Part shown: one piece after another, positions 47,389 through 55,206 of the stretch
Layout of the letters: every line of letters starts with the position of its first letter
Numbering within the stretch: position 1 is the first letter of the stretch
Virus record (IMG/VR): IMGVR_UViG_3300047510_001751
Location: 96,001-160,000 of that record
DNA: 64,000 nt
Origin: a virus
Reading direction: 5' to 3' (one strand)
Translations under genes and position numbers: made by a program
Notes under the pieces: generated by a model
What the model saw: only the letters and a program-made list of their open reading frames with translations
Told to the model about the DNA's origin: nothing
The model's database searches: none

Positions 47389-49191
47389 TTACTCGGGATA
47401 AGCAGTAAATTTACTTCTAGCAATATCTACATCCAAATAAACATTACGTAGGGCATTTATGTCGTTAGACAAAGGTTTTGCTCTAACTTCTATACGATTG
47501 TCGTCAAAACTACCTTTTATGATAGTCAAATTATATAAAAGAACTTCGCCTTTTTCATAATTAATAATCCCCAATGAATCATTGAGTGTGATTTTATCAC
47601 CTGTTATAGAATCTAACTTATATAGGACAATTTTTCCAGCTGAATCTTCAAAATACACAGTATCATTAGGATATTCGCTTACGACAAATCCAGATGACAT
47701 CACAGAAGGTCCTTCACAATCAAGATCAAATTCATTTTGATAACAAATTTCATAGAAAAATGTTGAGTTTAAAGATGGAAAGAAATCTTTCCTCATTATT
47801 ACTGAAGTTTGATTTGAATTAATAGATCTATCAGAATCATCTATTACAGAAATAAACTTACTGTATCTAAATTTACCATTAAATTTTTCGGTATCTGATT
47901 GACGAAGATATTGATCTAATCCAGAAATAACTTTGCTACGAATCTCTTCAGGAGACTGAGTAGTTTTTGATCTATCATAATAAATTTTACTAATCATTTC
48001 GACATAAACAATGGAAGGATCTTCAATATCAGCAGTTACAGATCCAACCATATACGGCTTTAATTTTCTAATTATTTCTTGTTTTGTTGTATTTGAGAGA
48101 AGAGCAGTATTTTTTGGCTTAACAACAATTTTGACTTTGCCATATTCTGGATTTCTTGCTTCTTCTCCGCCATATGTTATAATATCAGCAACTGCTGGAT
48201 AAATGTTTTTAACAATGGCACCATAATCTTGAGCAGTTACCGCTCTGTCCTGAGTTCCAAAATACTTAGGAGCATTGTATTTAATTTCATTAATTGTTTC
48301 AATTTCTTCTCCGCCAGCAGCAGCTACTGTATTTGTATTAAAAATACTTATACTTACTGGATAATTACTGTTACGATTAACATCTTCTAATACACCAGCA
48401 AAAGTAAATGATTTCGAACCATTTGTTAAAGAACCATTAGTAATTAAATAACTAACTTCAATAAATTCTCCGTTATCTAACTTCCTACCTAAACTACCAT
48501 CTCCAAAAAATATTTCGTATCTTTCATCTTCAATTTCTTCTACAAAATATACTTTAGAATCTTTTGTTACATTTAAAATATTATTGGAAAATTCGTAAAA
48601 TTCAAATGATGTGCTGTTTTGTGATTCAAAAACTTTAACTCTAATTGTTGATATATCCGCTCCTGGGTTATCAATAATAAATCTTTGAGACTTTACAGCA
48701 GTATTAACTGTATATGAATTTGTTACTAGACTTCCTTCGTAGATAGGAATATTTCTAAAATTAGCAATGTTATTAACTACAGGAGCTTCTTGATCTTCTA
48801 CAACAACATATTGATATAAATTATTATCAAAAATTGTAGTAAACCCAGTTCCTTTCTTCAGAAAAATAACACTTGGGCTACTTCCAGTAAAAGTAACATC
48901 AAAATTGACGTAAGCAATTGGAGCAGTAATTGATTTTGGTTTGTACCCTAATTGCTTCGCTAGAGCCACCACGTTGTCCCTCAAGGTGGCTGAAGACAAG
49001 AATAGCTCATTTACCACCATGTTGGTGTTAAACGCCGTGTAGTAGGTATTATAAGCGAGCAGATCAATAAGAACGCTCAGAGTCGAACCTTCAAAGTCGT
49101 AATCGGTAAAGTCAGACTGCGCTCTCATGTATTCTATGAGAGAAGTTTTAATCTCGTTAAAATCTAGATTGTTAACTTGAACGTAAGACAT
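47389..49191 (-). CDS. gp6: Baseplate wedge subunit
   Basis: LDFNEIKTSL, DYDFEGS.LSVLIDLLAYNTYY, FLSSATLRDNVV, QDRAVTAQDY. Confidence 0.96.
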   Translation of the reverse strand: MSYVQVNNLDFNEIKTSLIEYMRAQSDFTDYDFEGSTLSVLIDLLAYNTYYTAFNTNMVVNELFLSSATLRDNVVALAKQLGYKPKSITAPIAYVNFDVTFTGSSPSVIFLKKGTGFTTIFDNNLYQYVVVEDQEAPVVNNIANFRNIPIYEGSLVTNSYTVNTAVKSQRFIIDNPGADISTIRVKVFESQNSTSFEFYEFSNNILNVTKDSKVYFVEEIEDERYEIFFGDGSLGRKLDNGEFIEVSYLITNGSLTNGSKSFTFAGVLEDVNRNSNYPVSISIFNTNTVAAAGGEEIETINEIKYNAPKYFGTQDRAVTAQDYGAIVKNIYPAVADIITYGGEEARNPEYGKVKIVVKPKNTALLSNTTKQEIIRKLKPYMVGSVTADIEDPSIVYVEMISKIYYDRSKTTQSPEEIRSKVISGLDQYLRQSDTEKFNGKFRYSKFISVIDDSDRSINSNQTSVIMRKDFFPSLNSTFFYEICYQNEFDLDCEGPSVMSSGFVVSEYPNDTVYFEDSAGKIVLYKLDSITGDKITLNDSLGIINYEKGEVLLYNLTIIKGSFDDNRIEVRAKPLSNDINALRNVYLDVDIARSKFTAYPE

Positions 49192-49584
49192 TTATCGGGT
49201 TCTCTCTAAAAAGAAGGTAATGGATACAGGAACATCATCTCTTCCAGTAATTTCAAATACTAATTCTACATCAAATCCGTTATTATCAAAATTTGGATTT
49301 GTTGATAATGAAAGTATACTAATTCTAGGTTCGTAAAATCTCAACGTATTTTGTATTTCAGTATTTACCAAAGAAGCAGTACCAAAATCTAATGGTTCAA
49401 ATAATAATTCGGACAGAGAAGACCCAATACGAGAATCAAAAAATCTTTCTCCTCTATTTGTCAACAACAAATTAATAATCGCCTGTTTAATGGCAGCCTC
49501 ATCCTTTAATACAGTAAGGTCTCCTGTAATAGGATGAGGCTTAAACGTAATATTCAGATCTTTGAAAGTCTGAAAAGTAGGCAT
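49192..49584 (-). CDS. gp25: Baseplate wedge subunit (gp25 family)
   Basis: FKDLNITFKPHPITGDL, AIKQAIINLLLT.RGERFF, YEPRI. Confidence 0.95.
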   Translation of the reverse strand: MPTFQTFKDLNITFKPHPITGDLTVLKDEAAIKQAIINLLLTNRGERFFDSRIGSSLSELLFEPLDFGTASLVNTEIQNTLRFYEPRISILSLSTNPNFDNNGFDVELVFEITGRDDVPVSITFFLERTR

Positions 49585-49600
49585 AATAGGAGTTTTTTAT

Positions 49601-49608
49601 TATTTATA
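49601..49608 (-). promoter_or_regulatory. T4 late promoter TATAAATA
   Basis: Exact consensus 16 nt upstream of gp25. Confidence 0.75.
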
Positions 49609-49800
49609 TTACTCCTCAAACCTCTCCACAAAGTCATCAAAACCACCAGCACCACCACACGGCTTTGAAAGCCTGTCTTCGGGAACCTGATATTTTTTCT
49701 TGTGTACTTTTCTTAGGTACTTATCTGAAGCAGGGTCTGAAATCAGAGTCATACCTGATTGAATAAACGCCTGACTTTTATCTACTGGACTCATAGCCAT
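49609..49800 (-). CDS. Small hypothetical protein (MAMSPVDKSQAF...CGGAGGFDDFVERFEE)
   Basis: Start moved to 49800, since the TAAATA at 49860-49865 would exclude the 49857 ATG from the transcript. Confidence 0.7.
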   Translation of the reverse strand: MAMSPVDKSQAFIQSGMTLISDPASDKYLRKVHKKKYQVPEDRLSKPCGGAGGFDDFVERFEE

Positions 49801-49884
49801 CTGTTTTCTCCATGAAGGTTTAAACAGAACTTTTAAAGGGGTTGCTATCCCTTTCACACTATTTACACAACCTCAAATAAACAA

Positions 49885-49910
49885 CAAAAAAGCGGCTTTC
49901 GCCGCTAAAA
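49885..49910 (-). terminator. Intrinsic terminator
   Basis: Minus strand AGCGGC-GAAA-GCCGCT-TTTTT directly after the 49912 stop. Confidence 0.85.
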
Positions 49911-49911
49911 A

Positions 49912-50055
49912 TCAATTACCTTGTCCACGATAACGCTTACGAGCATTGTTTCGACTTGTGGAGGCATACTTGGTATGCTTTCCAGCTCCCTGACGGGATT
50001 TCTTAGGTTTGGACTGAATACCAGGATTGCCAGTAAACGAAGGACGCTTAGCCAT
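49912..50055 (-). CDS. 47-aa very basic protein (MAKRPSFTGNPGIQSKPKKSRQGAGKHTKYASTSRNNARKRYRGQGN)
   Basis: Hand-translated, below the ORF track cut-off; followed by a terminator. Confidence 0.8.
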   Translation of the reverse strand: MAKRPSFTGNPGIQSKPKKSRQGAGKHTKYASTSRNNARKRYRGQGN

Positions 50056-50092
50056 AGAATTTAACCTTAACTACCCTCCTAGTATACCCCAT

Positions 50093-50422
50093 TTACTTCT
50101 TCGTGTCAACAAAGACGGAGGTGGCACCAAATGCCGCTACCTGCCCAGCAGGACCGTATTGGCAGGTAAGTAAACTACCAATTACTGCCATGGGTTGCTT
50201 ATTCACGAAAACAGTCGGAGATCCAGTGGAAATCCTATCTGTGTGAACATCAGGTGGCAAGTGGAAGTGGGGTAGAGTCTCATTCCCTACATGGTGTACT
50301 TGCTTGCTATTGATGTAGACGCTTCCAGAAGCCCCTGTAGGGGGCACCGAGTACCCTACAGGTGGCCAAGGTCCATGTCCGCTTGTCATGTCATCTGGGG
50401 TGTACAGAGCAGGTATATCCAT
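50093..50422 (-). CDS. PAAR-like baseplate spike tip protein (gp5.4-like)
   Basis: D.TSGHGPWPP, SVYINSK.VHHVG, H..PP..H...ISTGSPTVFVNKQP. Confidence 0.85.
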   Translation of the reverse strand: MDIPALYTPDDMTSGHGPWPPVGYSVPPTGASGSVYINSKQVHHVGNETLPHFHLPPDVHTDRISTGSPTVFVNKQPMAVIGSLLTCQYGPAGQVAAFGATSVFVDTKK

Positions 50423-51285
50423 TATTCCTCTTCGAAATTATCCCCTTCAATATTTAGAATAGCATTTCTTCTTCTACGTTTTAAAAGAAACTTTAATCTT
50501 TCGTTTGCTGCCTTCTGATTATACTGTACAATCATATAAGCAGTGAAAGGATACACTCCCAATGTTGAAGTGACTGTAACATCAAAGTAAAATCTAAGTT
50601 TTTTGATGTCTGTACCTTTATATGATATAACTTGACCAATACTATTGAAATATCCTTCAAGAATCTCAGATTCTGTCTTATAAGCAGCAGCAACTGTTAA
50701 AGGATAAAACGTGTTAATGTTTACACCAGATGGTAAAGGAATATTAATCTTTTTTAAATCAAATGGTAAATTTGCTGGAAAATTCTCTAAAGGAGCATAA
50801 AAGAACCCGTTACTTGTAAATTTAGTAATAGCATTCAAATATGACACCACAATCTCTCGGTCATACCAGTTTCTCTCCGTGAAATACCCAGAGATCGTTG
50901 CTGCTGGTCCAGGAGTACACACAACCAGAGGTTCTAAGAACAATCCAGGTGCCCAAAATGGTGACACAGGTATCTTGAGTTCTTTGTTTAATGATTTCGT
51001 TGTGTCACTTCCAGGTAACGGATCTTCTAATATACACTTATTTGGACCAAGTATCACAACACTCGTAATCACTTCAAGTGGTGCCGTGGGTATGGCACTC
51101 ACAGTTAATGTGAATGGCTGGTAAGTGCTGATATAATTGGCATTAGGTCCGCCTTCACCATCAGGTAACTTATTTGCTACTGGACGAAACTCAAACGCTG
51201 CTGGAGGCAACGTAGGGTTCGCTGTCGGTGGTCCTGGAAGTGGTGCTGGTCCTACTGTGAGACCATCAACTAGTAACGTTGCCAT
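50422..51285 (-). CDS. Hypothetical protein (287 aa, Pro-rich N-terminus)
   Basis: ORF track; coupled to the PAAR gene. Confidence 0.8.
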   Translation of the reverse strand: MATLLVDGLTVGPAPLPGPPTANPTLPPAAFEFRPVANKLPDGEGGPNANYISTYQPFTLTVSAIPTAPLEVITSVVILGPNKCILEDPLPGSDTTKSLNKELKIPVSPFWAPGLFLEPLVVCTPGPAATISGYFTERNWYDREIVVSYLNAITKFTSNGFFYAPLENFPANLPFDLKKINIPLPSGVNINTFYPLTVAAAYKTESEILEGYFNSIGQVISYKGTDIKKLRFYFDVTVTSTLGVYPFTAYMIVQYNQKAANERLKFLLKRRRRNAILNIEGDNFEEE

Positions 51286-51469
51286 TTTCTAATTTTCTAA
51301 GTCTTTCATCGAGTTCATCCAGAAACTCAACAATATTTACATATTCTTCCCGTTGGGGAGGCTTGTACATCATTTTGAATGGCACTGGAAGTTGATCGAG
51401 TTTAGCCTTGAGGCTCTGGACCAGTTTCACCAAGGAATTCCATTCCTCTAGACTCACTTTGTTGTTCAT
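51266..51469 (-). CDS. Small hypothetical protein
   Basis: ORF track; start uncertain because of a 68-nt overlap with the upstream ORF. Confidence 0.6.
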   Translation of the reverse strand: MNNKVSLEEWNSLVKLVQSLKAKLDQLPVPFKMMYKPPQREEYVNIVEFLDELDERLRKLENGNVTS

Positions 51470-51650
51470 TAGTAACTCTCTCCTTTCTTACCATATTATC
51501 ATAGATCGTCTCCACCGAAATCTCGGGCTTCATGCCAGCATAGAAATTCGTGGCGACCTCTTCAATGCTATCGGCAAATTCATTGAAGCTGTCAAACATT
51601 TTCTCTTGTAATACCCCATCGGGGGTTTTGAAAGTAACTCTGTGTTCCAT
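51402..51650 (-). CDS. Small hypothetical protein
   Basis: ORF track; TAAATA at about 51725-51730 upstream. Confidence 0.65.
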   Translation of the reverse strand: MEHRVTFKTPDGVLQEKMFDSFNEFADSIEEVATNFYAGMKPEISVETIYDNMVRKERVTNEQQSESRGMEFLGETGPEPQG

Positions 51651-51778
51651 AGCGACTTTTTGAGTGATTTTTTCTGGGGGAAATTTTTTGAAATCGAAGG
51701 ATTTGAAGTTTCGAATTTCTTTTAATATTTAGAGGGCTCTGGGAAACGTTTATAGCTTATAACAATGGGTCCCCTTTT

Positions 51779-51902
51779 ACGATTAACTGTTATTATTAAT
51801 AACGAACGATTACGATTAACTGTTTATTCTTTATACTCAAACATACGATTACCTGTTTATTCTTTATATCGTGTAATCCTAATTAATTGTTTATTCTTTA
51901 TA
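51779..51902. repeat. Four ~33-bp-phased direct repeats (ACGATTAACTGTTTATTCTTTATA consensus)
   Basis: Copies begin at 51779 (partial), 51812, 51845 and about 51879, in a non-coding AT-rich stretch. Confidence 0.85.
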
Positions 51903-51911
51903 TTTACAAAT

Positions 51912-51940
51912 AAAAAAAGAGAGTGATAATAATCACTCTC
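51912..51940 (-). terminator. Intrinsic terminator closing the early transcript
   Basis: GAGAGTGAT-TATT-ATCACTCTC followed by T7 on the minus strand. Confidence 0.8.
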
Positions 51941-52001
51941 TAATAAATCTGTGATTCTATTAATAATAGAAACAGATGTTTTTTATGAAATACTTTCTCC
52001 C

Positions 52002-52280
52002 TCAATCTTCAGGAAATTCGATAATCTGAAGATCGCCAATCTTCCGTGCTTTCGCTATCACCGAACCGAGGGAGAATCCCAGGAGATCGGGTGATTTAAT
52101 GATCTCGGCAAGGTGTACAGCAAAGCGGGATGTAGCGTCGAAAGCGTATGCTTTCTCTGTGTTGCTGTGGAAGATGATTTCGACGCAATTCTCGTCGATC
52201 TCGATGTTGTAAATTGCCGAGGATTCGTCAATAGTGAAAGTCCGAAAAATCGGGGCTTTTGAGATAACGAAGGAAGGCAT
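52002..52280 (-). CDS. KTSC-like small protein
   Basis: SSAI..I......I.F.S....Y...SLG pattern; resembles 56578-56805. Confidence 0.55.
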   Translation of the reverse strand: MPSFVISKAPIFRTFTIDESSAIYNIEIDENCVEIIFHSNTEKAYAFDATSRFAVHLAEIIKSPDLLGFSLGSVIAKARKIGDLQIIEFPED

Positions 52281-52349
52281 GGTTTCTGTAAAGAATTGGG
52301 GTTGGGGTGGGGGGCTGGAGTGCCCCCCGTTGCTCGCTATCCTAGCACA

Positions 52350-52646
52350 TCACAGGCGGCTGTTCCGATCCTGTGCCCACATGGCGAGGCGCTTGGTGCT
52401 CGCCTTGCTGAACACCCGATCGGTCTGGGTGATGCTGCCGTCGTCGTGGCTGACACGGTGGCGGTTGGCAGCCTTGGCACACTGCTGGAGGGCACGGCGT
52501 CCCTGGGCGTTGGTCTGGGCGAGGTTCAGCAGCAGGGTGGCACGGTGAGCGCCGATCACCTGGGGGCGGTTGATCAGGATCTGAGCGACTCGCTCGGCGT
52601 CACCCATGAAGGCGGCGAAGCGGGAGGAGGGGATGATCTTGAGCAT
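52350..52646 (-). CDS. Early hypothetical protein (MLKIIPSSRFAAF...)
   Basis: Start set downstream of the promoter at 52692-52719. Confidence 0.7.
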   Translation of the reverse strand: MLKIIPSSRFAAFMGDAERVAQILINRPQVIGAHRATLLLNLAQTNAQGRRALQQCAKAANRHRVSHDDGSITQTDRVFSKASTKRLAMWAQDRNSRL

Positions 52647-52691
52647 GGATCTCGGTGGTAGTGGGGGGCGGTGGTGCCCCCCGATGTCGTA

Positions 52692-52748
52692 ATTATAGCG
52701 GATCGGGGGTGGCTGTCGAGGGTCGGCAGCCAGTTCCCGAAGTGGCAC
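52692..52748 (-). promoter_or_regulatory. sigma70-like early promoter TCGACA-N16-TATAAT with upstream pseudo-palindrome
   Basis: -10 at 52692-52697, -35 at 52714-52719, GCCAGTT-CCCG-AAGTGGC at 52729-52748. Confidence 0.7.
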
Positions 52749-52934
52749 TCAGTGGCGGTCGGAGATGTTCCAGGTGCCCCAGCCTCCATGCTGGCGCTCG
52801 TGCTCCAGCTGGCGGGTGTCGATCGCTTCGAGGCGCTGGGCGCTGCTGTACTTTGCCCAGCCTTCGGCGGTCTCGCTAGCGAGGCAGCTGCCGTAGCAGG
52901 CGTTCCAGATCAGGTTCGCTTCGTCGATGGTCAT
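52749..52934 (-). CDS. Early hypothetical protein (MTIDEANLIWNACYG...)
   Basis: ATG directly follows repeated leader cassette A. Confidence 0.7.
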   Translation of the reverse strand: MTIDEANLIWNACYGSCLASETAEGWAKYSSAQRLEAIDTRQLEHERQHGGWGTWNISDRH

Positions 52935-52968
52935 CGGTCGGTGTCGGTGGTTGACTTGATCAGTATAG
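52932..52968 (-). promoter_or_regulatory. Repeated -10/leader cassette, copy A (CTATACTGATCAAGTCAACCACCGACACCGACCG-ATG)
   Basis: Near-identical copies B, C and D each end at a start codon. Confidence 0.85.
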
Positions 52969-52974
52969 TGCCCC

Positions 52975-53151
52975 TCAGGGCATCTGGCAGCTGCCAGGTG
53001 TGACAGAATTGTAGGTGGCACAGCGGGCAGCGGTTGCTTGGTTGACCGCTGCCACGGTGTCAGCAGCGAACCCGATGGCAGCACCGCCCACGGTGGCGAT
53101 GGGAGCGTAGAAAGCAGCACCGAGGGCGAGGAGGGCGATGGTCTTGATCAT
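52975..53151 (-). CDS. 58-aa exported or membrane peptide (MIKTIALLALGAAFYAPIATVGG...RCATYNSVTPGSCQMP)
   Basis: Hand-translated; follows cassette B; hydrophobic N-terminus and two Cys. Confidence 0.7.
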   Translation of the reverse strand: MIKTIALLALGAAFYAPIATVGGAAIGFAADTVAAVNQATAARCATYNSVTPGSCQMP

Positions 53152-53182
53152 GGGGTGTCGGTGGTTGACTTGATCAGTATAG
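53149..53182 (-). promoter_or_regulatory. Repeated -10/leader cassette, copy B
   Basis: gtgtcggtggttgacttgatcagtatag is identical to copy A. Confidence 0.85.
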
Positions 53183-53214
53183 CATGGAAAGGGGGCAGAT
53201 GCCCCCCTGGTGGT

Positions 53215-53490
53215 TCAGAACATCTCCCCGATCGGCATGATGTCGGGGGTGGGATCGTAACCGTCGAAAATCGCCTTTACGATGTCATCGTAGGATCGCT
53301 GGCTGAGAATACCCTCCACAGCGATCTCCTCTGCCCATTCATAGAATCCACCCGAGAGAAAATCACAGGGGAACAGATACGGATGGGTTTGATCCATCAA
53401 GTCTTCGATCTTACCCAGCTCGGTGTTCAGATCGGTGGGGATCTCCCAAGCTTCGTCGATCTGAACGGTGTCGGTGAAGGCGTAGGTCAT
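53215..53490 (-). CDS. Acidic early hypothetical protein
   Basis: ORF track; follows cassette C. Confidence 0.75.
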   Translation of the reverse strand: MTYAFTDTVQIDEAWEIPTDLNTELGKIEDLMDQTHPYLFPCDFLSGGFYEWAEEIAVEGILSQRSYDDIVKAIFDGYDPTPDIMPIGEMF

Positions 53491-53524
53491 CGGTCGGTGT
53501 CGGTGGTTGACTTGTTCAGTATAG
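53488..53524 (-). promoter_or_regulatory. Repeated -10/leader cassette, copy C
   Basis: 36/37 nt identical to copy A. Confidence 0.85.
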
Positions 53525-53565
53525 GGGCAGGAGAGGGGGGCTGTGTGCCCCCCGTGTGTAGGTTG

Positions 53566-54294
53566 TCAGGCTGGCACAGCTGCCCGAACCTTGACCTTCT
53601 GGACCTTACGATTCGCCCTCGATGCCTTGCCCCACTCGCTGCCAGCGGGTTGGGTGCCGTGAACCAGCAGAGCGAAGGGACCATCCTCAAAGCAGGAGCG
53701 ATCCTTTACATCAACCTTGAAACCTGCTGCCATAGCGTCATCCTCAGTCATGAACACTTTAGCATAACGAGGGAACACACCTTCGTCGATGAGATAATCA
53801 AACTTGCCACCATAGCTGGCGGTGAAGTAGAAATTATCTGGCAGGTTGAGTCCTACAAACAGGGGCAGATTCTTGCTGTAGCAGTAGAACTTGATCGAAG
53901 GATTAGCGTGAGCAACCAACAACCAAGCGAGCAAATACTCAGCAGAGAAGAAGTCACCACTCTCGTGAATCCTCACTTTAGTGATAGATTTAGTGAGATT
54001 CTGGCGGAGTTCGGTGTTGATGAGACCAGCACAGTTACCCTCCTTGAGAGCTTCACGGATCGCCTGAAGGTTACGCTGGCGGGATTCATAAACTTTCGTG
54101 TACTGTACTTCACTGCTAGCAGCAAAACAGCGAAACTCAGTTTGAGGACCATCCCAGATCTTGCGTTTGCCGTTAGAATCAATCCGAACCATAGAGAGGC
54201 ACTGATTAGCACCTGGGCAGGTTGTGCCTGCTGGCAGGTTGAAAATCAGGGTGTGCTTGTCGAGCTTGTCGTTGCCTTTAGAGAAGCTGAGCAT
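53566..54294 (-). CDS. Gp88-family (radical-SAM-like, Cys-cluster) protein
   Basis: FNLPAGTTCPGANQC...CFAASSE, RIHESGDFFS.EY..AW..VA...P.IKFYCYSK. Confidence 0.8.
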   Translation of the reverse strand: MLSFSKGNDKLDKHTLIFNLPAGTTCPGANQCLSMVRIDSNGKRKIWDGPQTEFRCFAASSEVQYTKVYESRQRNLQAIREALKEGNCAGLINTELRQNLTKSITKVRIHESGDFFSAEYLLAWLLVAHANPSIKFYCYSKNLPLFVGLNLPDNFYFTASYGGKFDYLIDEGVFPRYAKVFMTEDDAMAAGFKVDVKDRSCFEDGPFALLVHGTQPAGSEWGKASRANRKVQKVKVRAAVPA

Positions 54295-54325
54295 CGGTCG
54301 TCTGTGGTTGACTTGTTCAGTATAG
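54292..54325 (-). promoter_or_regulatory. Repeated -10/leader cassette, copy D
   Basis: catcggtcg...gtggttgacttgttcagtatag. Confidence 0.85.
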
Positions 54326-54381
54326 GGGGCAGGTGGTGCCCCCTGGTGGTGCTGGTGGACAGTGCCCCAACTGGCACAGGG

Positions 54382-54573
54382 TCAGAAGTCTACTGCCCAG
54401 TGTGGGTCATTCTTTATATCAACCCAGAAGAAGTTTTTCCCATTGTGAGAACGAAGGAACACACGGTTCTCTTTAATTTGCTCCACAATACACTCTGGGT
54501 TGTTGTTCATCAGGTTAGCGAATCTGTTCTTCGCTTTGTTAGATTTAGGAGTGACAAAAGCGAGGTCAAACAT
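54382..54573 (-). CDS. Small early hypothetical protein (PKSNKAKNRFANLM motif)
   Basis: ORF track. Confidence 0.75.
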   Translation of the reverse strand: MFDLAFVTPKSNKAKNRFANLMNNNPECIVEQIKENRVFLRSHNGKNFFWVDIKNDPHWAVDF

Positions 54574-54582
54574 GTTAGAAAC

Positions 54583-54762
54583 TCACAGAACGTAGTAACC
54601 TTGAGCAGCAAACAGTTGGGGTTGATTCTGTTGCCAACCCACCAGCATCTGCTGGAGTTGTTGATCAGAATAGTTGTTCACCCAGAGATACTCAGCGGTG
54701 GGTTGAGTGTTCACAATCCGAAGGAAATTAACGATGGTTTGAATAGCTTTGAGGCGATTCAC
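54583..54762 (-). CDS. 59-aa early protein (GTG start; MNRLKAIQTIVNFLR...)
   Basis: Hand-translated; follows a CATACT -10 and a related leader at 54763-54791. Confidence 0.6.
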   Translation of the reverse strand: MNRLKAIQTIVNFLRIVNTQPTAEYLWVNNYSDQQLQQMLVGWQQNQPQLFAAQGYYVL

Positions 54763-54797
54763 GTTGTTTGTTTCAACTGAGGTCAGTATGGCACCCC

Positions 54798-55055
54798 CTA
54801 GGCACGTTTGGGGGTGTTAGTGGACAGTTCAGAAAGTGTCACATCACATACCCAATAGTACGCTTTCTCTGTGCTAGAACTCACAAACAGCAGAAACTGT
54901 TGGGTATATTTTAGGAGGGTTTCTCGCCCACCTGAATTATACCAATCGCTGACACGGTTAGCAACAAACAATGTCACACCTACGATGATAGCAACCACTG
55001 TTGCTAGATTATACATCAGGGTGGACACGAAAGACTTCACAAACTCGTTGTTCAT
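54798..55055 (-). CDS. Small membrane protein
   Basis: ORF track; one hydrophobic helix (LATVVAIIVGVTLFVA). Confidence 0.7.
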   Translation of the reverse strand: MNNEFVKSFVSTLMYNLATVVAIIVGVTLFVANRVSDWYNSGGRETLLKYTQQFLLFVSSSTEKAYYWVCDVTLSELSTNTPKRA

Positions 55056-55111
55056 GGTTGTTGTTAAGAATTGTTTGGTGGGTTGAGTATATTTCCCTCA
55101 ACCACACACCA

Positions 55112-55206
55112 AGCATAGCAACAACAACCCCACCAGTCAAGGGGCAGTGGACACTAGACAAACTGGCACACAACCCCTTGACAAACACTAAAATACCCTC
55201 TAGATT
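55112..55206. promoter_or_regulatory. Divergent sigma70-like promoter pair around one pseudo-palindromic motif
   Basis: Minus: TTGACT(55140-55135)-N17-TATGCT. Plus: TTGACA(55178-55183)-N17-TAGATT. Motif at 55147-55170. Confidence 0.7.

Noticed and set aside
10512-48202. Numerous 60-190-aa ORFs nested in the fibre, baseplate and DUF4815 genes
   Set aside because: Fully embedded in long, motif-supported genes; no motifs or promoters of their own.
51779-51902. Possible mini-CRISPR array
   Set aside because: Linkers are only about 9 nt, the repeats are degenerate and there are no cas genes; treated as iteron-like repeats.
52234-53003. Plus-strand ORFs 52234-52548, 52296-52661, 52655-52879, 52671-53003
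   Set aside because: Antisense shadows expected in GC-rich DNA; all promoter and leader signals here point to the minus strand.
52932-54325. Possible CRISPR or attC array
   Set aside because: Intervals are whole genes of 200-800 bp and the repeat is a -10 box plus leader; no integrase or cas gene in the window.
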